A DNA stretch of 14,495 nt from positions 1-14,495 of the forward strand of contig CAWDKY010000049.1 in the NCBI GenBank assembly GCA_963802945.1. Reading direction: 5' to 3'. Shown piece by piece: positions 1 to 6,878 of this stretch (positions are counted from its first letter, which is position 1; each line of letters begins with the position of its first letter). Both the position numbers and the translations under genes were made by a program. The notes beneath the pieces were generated by a model. It did not search any database, was not told where the DNA came from, and was given only the letters and a program-made list of their open reading frames with translations. This DNA comes from an uncultured delta proteobacterium. GTDB taxonomy: Bacteria; Desulfobacterota; RBG-13-43-22.

Positions 1-17
1 CCCTTCCTCTTCTTCAT
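1..17 (-). CDS. Possible 5' start of a gene running off the left edge (MKKRK...)
   Basis: Minus-strand ATG at 17, GGAG 6 nt upstream (24-27), and an extended -10 TGgTACAAT at 38-46. Only 5 codons are visible. Confidence 0.35.
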
Positions 18-35
18 CAGACACTCCGTTGGGTC

Positions 36-116
36 CTATTGTACCATTTTTCAAAAGTCCGTCTTAAACTGGGGGGAGGTTTATCCTATCCTCTTTTTTG
101 AGAGGTTCGTTAAACT
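36..116. repeat. ~80-bp dispersed repeat, copy A (promoter-containing block)
   Basis: Aligns by eye to 6443-6520 (ctattgtaccatttttcaa...ggttcgttaaact) with about 8 substitutions and 3 gap positions. Confidence 0.9.
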
Positions 117-177
117 CAAAATTCAGATACTTAGATTTTCTATTACCTAGTGACCTAATATTTTCTAATCCCTTAGG

Positions 178-1347
178 CTACAATATCGACCGGGCGAAGG
201 GAACACGTCTCAAAGCGCTGCTGAGTGCGAAAGCGGCAGGTTCGCGATGATCGCGACGAGAGAGAACTTAGCGAGCGGGCCAAGGGCAGGGGGCCGAGCG
301 CGTATTGCAGGGCAACGAGGACGGGAACGTGAATGAGATAGACGCCGTATGCGCTCGCAGCGAGGTCTTTGGCAAAGCGCCCGTGACGATTCAGTCTCTC
401 ACGGAAAAGGATCGTGAGTCCGACGCAGAGTCCGCAGCAGAGAAAGGCCTCCCACACGTCGTAAGCGAAGGCGGCACCGCTCGGCCCTCCCCTTCGAACA
501 GGGGGTGGCCAGCCAGAGCTGATCCGCAGTAGAGAGCCGAGGCCGCGACCCCCATCACGAGCCATGCCTCCCCGTCCTCTTCGGAAAGAGAGAGGAACCA
601 GTTCCGCCGATAGGCAACGACGCCGATGACGAAAAAGGCAAGGTCCCTCGGCACGTCCGCGAAGGCGACCTGGATGATCTTGAGAAAGCCGATCCAGCGG
701 TCTATGGGGTACCACAGGCGCACGAAGAAGGTCACGGCGGCGAGCACGAGGGCGAATGCGATAATCTCAATCGACCTGGGGGATTTCCCTTCCCTTTGCC
801 CCGCCTCTTCTCGTGAGAAGGGCATGCGACGCCATAACCAGTAGCAGACGGCGAAGAGGAGCAGGTGCTCGATAAACCAGAGATGCCCGAAGTTGAAGTC
901 AGGCCAGGCGGGGCCGGCCCAGTGGGCCGGACGAGGACCGTGACCGAGGTAGAAATGGAGGTAGTATGAGAGGAACGAAATGGGACCGTAAGGCCTGAAG
1001 TTGAGGTGATAGACATACATCATCACAGGGATGATGACGAATGAGAAGACCAGGAGCGGGATGCCCAGGCGGGAAAAACGGTCTTTCAGAAAGCCCCTCG
1101 TCTTCCGGTCGAAGGACTGAGGGAGGAAATAGCCCGAGATCATGAAGAAGAGGCTCATGAAGAACGAGCGGTTGACGGTGAAAAAGGCGCCGAGCACCGG
1201 CGGCCTGCTCCGGCTCGGTGAAGTACCACCAGCCTCCTGTCGGTCCGTAGGCTTGGCCTACGTGGTGGGCGACGACGAGCGACAATGAGGCCTATCCTCA
1301 GAGTTGTCGATGAAAAAGAGCCTGGGTCTGTTTTGTAGTGTTGTCAA
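178..1347 (-). pseudogene. Frameshifted acyltransferase family 3 (OpgC/MdoC-like), paralog of 10516-11685
   Basis: Colinear with the intact copy from TTG (1347) to TAG (178); both are 1170 bp. Single-base indels near 1302, 1282, 1200, 583, 568, 490, 283 and 241 split it across the ORFs 899-1285, 391-1197 and 173-715. These could be sequencing errors rather than true decay. Confidence 0.85.
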
Positions 1348-1412
1348 GTTTTTCAAATTGGCCCTGTCGCTATTTTCAAGGTGTTAAATGTTAAAAAGGA
1401 GGAGAACAATTG

Positions 1413-1433
1413 GGTTTAACCAATGGTTAAGCC
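1413..1433. promoter_or_regulatory. Palindrome TTAACCA-a-TGGTTAA, candidate operator
   Basis: Perfect 7-bp arms at 1416-1430, extending imperfectly to 21 bp, about 70 bp upstream of the acyltransferase A start. Confidence 0.35.
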
Positions 1434-1524
1434 AAGGGTTCAATCAAAAACAACCGGCCTAAAGGGAAAAAATAAGTTGTTTTAGAACCCATGTCCTCTC
1501 TAACTCTTCTTCCCGGCGCTGTCC

Positions 1525-2313
1525 CTATTTCCTCTTTTTTATTTCTTCAACGATTTTCGGTAAGATTTCTCCGGTTTTGCCCTGAATGATGTAGTCGGAA
1601 ATACCCTCCTGCGTAATGGGTGTCGGTTCGGCGTTGACTTCAATGATGACGGCTTTTCCCCTCTGCCTGGCTACCCGCGGCAGATAGGCAAACGGATAGA
1701 CCACCGCGGAAGTCCCGCAAATAAGCATCAGATCGCAGCTTTCTGCTTCTTCCATGCTTCTCTCGGCCACGTAAGACGGGATCGGTTCTCCAAAACCCAC
1801 CGTATCGCGCTTGATAACGCCGCCGCATTTGGGACATAGGGGAGGAAGCCTGTCTTCATTCAACATGGCTTTGAGATCGAATTGGTCCCGGGGAAATCGC
1901 GCCGAACAGGCTATGCATCTTAATTTTAATGAATTGCCATGATACTCCAACAGATTTCGATTCCCTGCTTTTTCATGAAGCGCATCGACGTTTTGGGTGA
2001 TGACATATTTTAGAATGCCCAGCGTTTCAAGCTCGGCCAGGGCATAGTGCCCTTGATTCGGTTTGGAGGCTTCCAGGTTCCCCAATAGACTCGGAGTCGT
2101 CAAACTCTCTTTCCAATAGGCCTTGGGGTCTTGAAGAAATCTCTCATAGCCCTGATAGGCTCGGCGTTCCCTTTCTGGATTTTTTGTCCAAACACCCGAT
2201 GGCCCCCTGAAGTCCGGTATCCCGGATTCCGTTGATATTCCGGCGCCTGTCAGGGCGATGGCATACTGGGAATCGGCCAAATCCCTGGCCGCCCTTTTGA
2301 TCGCATCTTCCAT
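1525..2313 (-). CDS. cobB: NAD-dependent protein deacylase, Sir2 family (CobB-like)
   Basis: Motifs GAGISTESGIPDFRG, TQNVDALH, YHG, zinc-finger CIAC...CPKC, FGE, GTSAVVYP and EVN. Strong RBS AGGAGGGGAG upstream. Confidence 0.93.
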   Translation of the reverse strand: MEDAIKRAARDLADSQYAIALTGAGISTESGIPDFRGPSGVWTKNPERERRAYQGYERFLQDPKAYWKESLTTPSLLGNLEASKPNQGHYALAELETLGILKYVITQNVDALHEKAGNRNLLEYHGNSLKLRCIACSARFPRDQFDLKAMLNEDRLPPLCPKCGGVIKRDTVGFGEPIPSYVAERSMEEAESCDLMLICGTSAVVYPFAYLPRVARQRGKAVIIEVNAEPTPITQEGISDYIIQGKTGEILPKIVEEIKKRK

Positions 2314-2400
2314 CTTTTTCTCCCCTCCTTTATTTTAAATCACTTCGACCGGATAATTTTTATTAGATAAGAAGCTAAGTGTTCTTTTTCCTACCCCGAA

Positions 2401-2428
2401 ATTATACAAAGATCTTGAAAAAAAACAA
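2401..2428 (-). promoter_or_regulatory. Candidate sigma70 promoter for cobB
   Basis: TTGTTT-16 nt-TATAAT on the minus strand. Confidence 0.3.
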
Positions 2429-2515
2429 GGGTAGCGGCAAATTGGCCCGGCCATGTGGCCATAAAACAGGAAGGGCAGTGATATCGTACTGCTCAATTAT
2501 CAAGTCACAATTTCC

Positions 2516-2737
2516 AAATTGCAAATGGAAATAGACAAACCCGTCAAGACCATCATGGAAGATCCCGGGATCGGAGAACTAAAAAAGGAGATTGGAAAGG
2601 CATACGGGGATTCCAACTCCAATACAACCGGCAACGGTATTTATTATCCTACGAATGGAAAGGAAGTGTTTTAAATCTATTGCTTATCGGCAACCAGGAG
2701 AACTTTTAATTTAAAATTAAAAAAGTATTTGCTCTAA
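2516..2737 (+). pseudogene. Degenerate RelE/ParE-like type II toxin remnant
   Basis: Correcting a -1 in the A-run at 2581-2586 and a +1 near 2708 gives KLQMEIDKPVKTIMEDPGIGELKKGDWKGIRGFQLQYNRQRYLLSYEWKGSVLNLLLIGNQENFYLKLKKYLL*. This matches the ParE-like toxin pattern (P.IGE.KKGDL.G.R...YLL.Y...IG.HENFY..LK.YL). The N-terminus is missing. Confidence 0.7.
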
Positions 2738-2877
2738 GTCTGAAGAAGTGACTCCCTTGCCCTCTTAGAATTCTTTGAAAAACAGGAAAACAATATAGAC
2801 CTGCCCCCCTCCCCGTTGGAAGCCTCACCCTTCACAGTCCTCCCGATTAAACACCCTCTAAATCGGGATACCTTCAA

Positions 2878-3417
2878 TTATTTCCAGGTGAAACGGATCG
2901 TGGTTTCGGGATGTCCTTCCCAACTTTTAGCTAAAAATTCACTTTTAATATTTTTCGCTCCACATAATTCCAGGCCACATTCCAACCATCCCTCTATCGT
3001 ATAAATGTTAGGAAGGCACTGTACATCGAAGTTAGTCAGTCTGAATACAACTTGGTTATTTCCCCCTTCAATGACTTCTATTTTTCCGAAATCGAAAAAG
3101 TTCTTATGAATCATCTCATAGGCATTAATAAAATCAATCGGGTCGTTGGATATAAATGCAGAATACATCTTGGTCATTAGCGCTTGACCCTCTGTTCGGC
3201 CCCATTCCTTGGCGACATTGGGATTTTTTCGGGCAAAAACCTCAAAAACGGCGTTTAAGCAATGTTTGTAGGTTTCATAGGGATACCAAACGCTTGGTAG
3301 AATCTTCTGGTTGATGATCTCCCGGTCTTGATTTGTAAGATACTTATCATAAACGCCACTCTTGTCACTTTTGATGGCCTTGACCAAAGTAATAAAAACT
3401 GAACCTTTTGCTTTCAT
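2878..3417 (-). CDS. Hypothetical protein, DUF2378/TIGR02265-like (V4R/H-NOX-like fold suspected)
   Basis: Clean 179-aa ORF with RBS-like AAAGGG. KAKGS...WYP...WGR...GW..GLELCGAKN...F.W resembles this family from memory; the family call is tentative. Confidence 0.6.
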   Translation of the reverse strand: MKAKGSVFITLVKAIKSDKSGVYDKYLTNQDREIINQKILPSVWYPYETYKHCLNAVFEVFARKNPNVAKEWGRTEGQALMTKMYSAFISNDPIDFINAYEMIHKNFFDFGKIEVIEGGNNQVVFRLTNFDVQCLPNIYTIEGWLECGLELCGAKNIKSEFLAKSWEGHPETTIRFTWK

Positions 3418-3516
3418 ATCAAATGATGCCCTTTCTTATTTAAAATGTTGTTGATTCCTTAGGCCCTATTCCCCAAAGCAAAAGGGAAGCCGGTGGAGGC
3501 CGAACCATAAACCGAG

Positions 3517-3533
3517 TATAATGCATTATAGCA
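3517..3533 (-). promoter_or_regulatory. Extended -10 (TGcTATAAT) within perfect palindrome TATAATGCATTATA
   Basis: 14-bp perfect palindrome at 3517-3530, about 100 bp upstream of the 3417 start. Confidence 0.35.
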
Positions 3534-3559
3534 TAAATTTCTCGGCAAGTTATTTAATT

Positions 3560-3955
3560 TTAATTGGTGTCCCCAGATTCTTTAGGCTCATGATAAAATA
3601 TTTTATTGACGATTAACCATTTATTCTCAATTTTTAATAGAGACAGGTAGTCGGTAAACCACAGGCCCATATACCAATCCTTCACTTTTACCATGGCCGC
3701 AGGGTCATTTAAGTCCAGGGAGACGAGTCTCATATTATATTCCTCACCGTTTTTTGCCGGCGAGGGTGTGTCTGCAACCATCTCTACCCATTTTTCAATC
3801 GGGAGATGGATCAGATTCCCGCTAAAATAACCCATCAAGACGGCGCTGGGGTGGAAGGCTTTTTTCAATTTATCCCCGTCTGAATAGTACATCCCGTCGA
3901 AATAAAGTTGGACAGTCTGCCGGATGTTTTGTATATCCATATTATCATCTGACAT
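3560..3955 (-). CDS. NTF2-like / putative lumazine-binding (Lumazine_bd_2) family protein
   Basis: Pattern YFDGMYYSDGDKLKKAFHPSA ... FTDYLSLLKIENKWLIVNKIF is typical of this family. Confidence 0.85.
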   Translation of the reverse strand: MSDDNMDIQNIRQTVQLYFDGMYYSDGDKLKKAFHPSAVLMGYFSGNLIHLPIEKWVEMVADTPSPAKNGEEYNMRLVSLDLNDPAAMVKVKDWYMGLWFTDYLSLLKIENKWLIVNKIFYHEPKESGDTN

Positions 3956-3984
3956 GAAATTTTTTCCTTTCGTCTTGCTTCAAT

Positions 3985-5169
3985 TTATCTTTTAGTTTGA
4001 ACAGCCCTCAACACTTTAGTCATCAACATAAACGGTTTAATTTTTGAATCTACCAAATTGATAGACCCGGCCAGGTACAGATTCTGGTCCTTGGAGAAAT
4101 AAAGAAATGAGCCGGTAGTCCCCGAATGGCCCCATAAAGGCGACACTTTCATCACCTTGGTCATGAGCGGAGGTAGTTTAAAGTACATCGTTCCGTACCC
4201 ATATTGAAGCGGAAATTGTAACTTGTGCCATTGGTGCATTGATTCCAGGGTGTCTCTCTTAATCATCCGCCCTTCATTTAAGGCCTTCAGGAAAACAATC
4301 ATCTCTTCTGCTGTAGAAACAATTCCTCCGTCAGCCCAATAAGAACCATTTTCTCGGATTTTGGTTATGTTTTTATCTTTATAAAATACATCGGCCGGGT
4401 GAGCGGATGGGGCGACCTGAGGTTCAGACCGACCGATCAACCAGGTATGTTTGAGATTCAGGGGACGAAAGATAAAATCCTCGTAAACGGTTTGAAGCGG
4501 TTTCCCGCTTACAGCCTCGATGATTTTACCCAATAACTGAAAATTGGTATCCGAATAGGAAGTTCCTGTACCCGGGGCGAAATTAGGGGTCAGGTCCTTT
4601 CGTGCCCTTTCAATAGTCTCATCCACCGTCCAAGTCCGGTCCGGATTTTCCAGGAACATTTCAAAAAGGCTTTTTCCCCCTTTCGGTTTCTCAGAATAGT
4701 AATCGGCTATCCCTGAACTGTGCGACAACAATTGTTTTATGGTAATTTCATGGGAATAATCCTTGCCCTTATAGATATGAATGCCTCGAATGAGTCCGTC
4801 AGGAAGGTATTTCGAAATGGGATCATACAAAGAGATGGCCCCCTTTTCAACCAACCGCATGATGACCGTGGCCGTATATAATTTGGTGACGCTGGCGAGA
4901 TAAATAGGCGTATCTTTGGTCATAGGCACCTGACCGTCCTGTCTGGCGATTCCCGCTGCCCCCGACCAAGAAAAAGAGCCGTCCCCCTTCACCACAGACA
5001 AAACACAACTCTTCACTGATTTATCATTCTTGACTAAATCTGAAACCAGATATTGCATGGTCTGGTTTAAATCTTTAAACGATGGAGTTGAAAATTTTAT
5101 TCTCATGACAAACAATCCCACTGCAATCACTATGACCAGAATGACAAAAACCAATAGTATCCGTTTCAT
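3985..5169 (-). CDS. Serine hydrolase, beta-lactamase/D-Ala-D-Ala carboxypeptidase family, N-terminal membrane anchor or signal
   Basis: SxxK (ASVTK), LLSHSSG, YSDTNF (YxN variant) and WGHSG motifs; hydrophobic N-terminus; RBS AGGAGG. Confidence 0.9.
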   Translation of the reverse strand: MKRILLVFVILVIVIAVGLFVMRIKFSTPSFKDLNQTMQYLVSDLVKNDKSVKSCVLSVVKGDGSFSWSGAAGIARQDGQVPMTKDTPIYLASVTKLYTATVIMRLVEKGAISLYDPISKYLPDGLIRGIHIYKGKDYSHEITIKQLLSHSSGIADYYSEKPKGGKSLFEMFLENPDRTWTVDETIERARKDLTPNFAPGTGTSYSDTNFQLLGKIIEAVSGKPLQTVYEDFIFRPLNLKHTWLIGRSEPQVAPSAHPADVFYKDKNITKIRENGSYWADGGIVSTAEEMIVFLKALNEGRMIKRDTLESMHQWHKLQFPLQYGYGTMYFKLPPLMTKVMKVSPLWGHSGTTGSFLYFSKDQNLYLAGSINLVDSKIKPFMLMTKVLRAVQTKR

Positions 5170-5199
5170 CGGTATCGGCCTCCTATCATAGAATTTTTA

Positions 5200-5272
5200 G
5201 GAAATAGGGATAGCCCGGTTATTATCACTAAAAGAAATTGCAAAAAAATAAAATGCTAGCCGTCCCTATTCC
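5200..5272. repeat. Inward-facing inverted pair of the GTCCCTATT-type motif around an A-rich spacer
   Basis: ggaaatagggatagc (5200-5214) ... gctagccgtccctattcc (5255-5272). Confidence 0.6.
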
Positions 5273-5302
5273 CTTATCAATCTTGACTTCCCCTCCTCTA
5301 TT

Positions 5303-6337
5303 TTAAAACCGTATTTTCAGGCTCTTGGTAATTGCCCACGATTGGCTGGTCATCTTTTGCTCTCCCTGCGAGAGATTGGAGTACACGGAAAAAGCATCCC
5401 GGTCGGAAGTTTCGGCCTCATGAATGGCTCGGGCAGCGAGCTGCCCGGTGACCAGGGCCGAGGAGATGCCCTCTCCGAATACGTTGACATAGCCGGCCGC
5501 TTCCCCGGCCAGCAAGACACGCCCGCGGCCGAGGTCATAAGTCCCGGTGACGGCCATGTTGCTGACCAGACATCCTGTCTGGCGCTTGATTTCCTCCACC
5601 TCCAATCCGAAGCGTTTGGCCAAATAGACGGTTGAATCCTGGATACACTTGGGAATAAGTTTGCCTGAATGCGCTCCGACGCCGTAAACCAGAAAGTCAT
5701 CTTTGACGTGCAGCCAGGTATAGAAAGCGCTGAGCGATGGATCGAAGAACAGATAATAGTATTCCGGATCGAGGTCGATCGCCGCCAAACAGTACAATTG
5801 GACGGAAAGGGAATAACTAATTTTTCCCTCAAATCCAGGATCGAGCAAACGCCTGGTGTGAGATATCCCGCCGTCGGCACCAATCAGGTAGCGAGCTTCC
5901 ACCCGGCGCCTCACAGCGCCCGGACCCTCGAGGGTCGCCTCCACCCCGCGCTCCGACTGGGTAAAATCGACCAGCCGGTACGCATCCCAAATATCGGCGC
6001 CCGATTGGCGGATCAGCCAGTGGTCGAAGTTCGAACGCCAGACATTGTAAATGTGCGGCCTTCCGACCGTAAGATCCGTCAGGGCCTTGCCGGAGATAGA
6101 CATTCGCGAGCCTTTGAGGAAATTCGGCTTGGAGAAGACATCCTTCGGGGGCTCCCCGAAAGACCGGATCAACAGGTCCTGGGCGCGCTCCATGATGAGA
6201 CCCGAGCAGATCTTGTATCGCGGTAGCTTCTTCTTCTCAACGACCAGGACCCGATATCCGCTGCCCACCAGCTCCCGTGCGGCGGCCGCTCCCGCCGGGC
6301 CCGCCCCAACGATTACGACATCATAAAATGTTGCCAT
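5303..6337 (-). CDS. FAD-dependent oxidoreductase, geranylgeranyl reductase family
   Basis: YDVVIVGAGPAG, VEKKKLPRYKICSG, R..FDHWL, LIGADG and LAGEAAG...GEGIS motifs. Start placed at ATG 6337 (MATFYD), just before the dinucleotide-binding motif. Confidence 0.88.
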   Translation of the reverse strand: MATFYDVVIVGAGPAGAAAARELVGSGYRVLVVEKKKLPRYKICSGLIMERAQDLLIRSFGEPPKDVFSKPNFLKGSRMSISGKALTDLTVGRPHIYNVWRSNFDHWLIRQSGADIWDAYRLVDFTQSERGVEATLEGPGAVRRRVEARYLIGADGGISHTRRLLDPGFEGKISYSLSVQLYCLAAIDLDPEYYYLFFDPSLSAFYTWLHVKDDFLVYGVGAHSGKLIPKCIQDSTVYLAKRFGLEVEEIKRQTGCLVSNMAVTGTYDLGRGRVLLAGEAAGYVNVFGEGISSALVTGQLAARAIHEAETSDRDAFSVYSNLSQGEQKMTSQSWAITKSLKIRF

Positions 6338-6442
6338 CTTATTTTCCCGACAGTGTGTCTTGGTGAGAGAGCCTACCAGCGTAAATGGGTTTAAGGCTTG
6401 TTTATAGGACTTCATGCCTGAAAATGGCTGTCCCTATTATTT

Positions 6443-6520
6443 CTATTGTACCATTTTTCAAGCGTTCGTCAAACCGGGGAAGGTTTATCCTGTCCTCCTT
6501 TTTGAAAGGTTCGTTAAACT
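6443..6520. repeat. ~80-bp dispersed repeat, copy B
   Basis: Homologous to 36-116. Confidence 0.9.
6445..6472 (-). promoter_or_regulatory. Sigma70-type promoter for the flavoprotein gene
   Basis: TTGACG-16 nt-TACAAT with an extended -10 TG. The -10 is conserved in copy A. Confidence 0.55.
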
Positions 6521-6537
6521 AATTGGTTAGAGAAAAA

Positions 6538-6559
6538 TAAAAGAAAAATATTTTCTAAT
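6538..6559 (+). repeat. 22-bp direct repeat, left copy (taaaagaaaaatattttctaat)
   Basis: Identical to 10486-10507; its last 13 bp also occur at 157-169. Confidence 0.9.
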
Positions 6560-6790
6560 TACTTTTTGCACGAACGTCCCCTATTCCCCATGGGTATTTT
6601 ATTTTGGTGTTAAATTAAACTTATTGATTTTTCAGCCGATAATATGATAATAGAAATAGGGACTAGTCTGTTTATAGTAGGGACAAATGCCTTCTGCAGA
6701 CAGATGGAAAGGATTGCCAATAATATTGCTACTGTCAATACCGACGGATATAAGGCTAAAAAGGTAAAATTACAGGAAACAGTTTTTGTA

Positions 6791-6850
6791 AGGAATCAAT
6801 GGGGTTAATTTCCACGCCTTCCCATCCGCCCCCTTGAATCCTGGAATCCT
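6791..6850 (-). repeat. Shortened inverted copy of the octamer-armed element at 12281-12378
   Basis: Core tttccacgccttcccatccgccc matches the reverse complement of gggcggatggaaaggcatggaag and is followed by TGAATCCT GGAATCCT units. Confidence 0.75.
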
Positions 6851-6878
6851 AATTTTATATTAAAGTAGAAGCAACAAG

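Noticed and set aside
173-1285. ORFs 173-715, 391-1197 and 899-1285 as separate genes, or programmed frameshifting
   Set aside because: They are fragments of one acyltransferase; about eight scattered indels are incompatible with recoding.
1397-1430. Strong AGGAGG followed by a TTG micro-ORF (MGLTNG*) on the plus strand
   Set aside because: Six codons with no supporting evidence; at most a remnant.
1525-2313. Sir2 protein as an anti-phage NADase (Thoeris/DSR-like)
   Set aside because: It is a compact canonical sirtuin with a zinc finger, no extra domains and no defence neighbours.
3510-3540. Xer dif-like site (also ggtgttaaat at 1380 and 6606)
   Set aside because: No 11-6-11 XerC/XerD arrangement; only partial resemblance.
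3985-5169. Bona fide beta-lactamase resistance gene
   Set aside because: The motifs (YSD, HSG) fit the broad serine hydrolase/esterase family; substrate cannot be inferred.
6338-6415. Longer ORF-track starts (6415; likewise 13203 and 14378)
   Set aside because: The extensions precede the family N-terminus, and the 14378 start lies inside the promoter. Downstream ATGs fit the domain boundaries and, for 13182 and 14327, have clear RBSs.
1350-6700. Classical integron attC array
   Set aside because: No RYYYAAC...GTTRRRY-bounded hairpins at the gene ends and no intI in the window.
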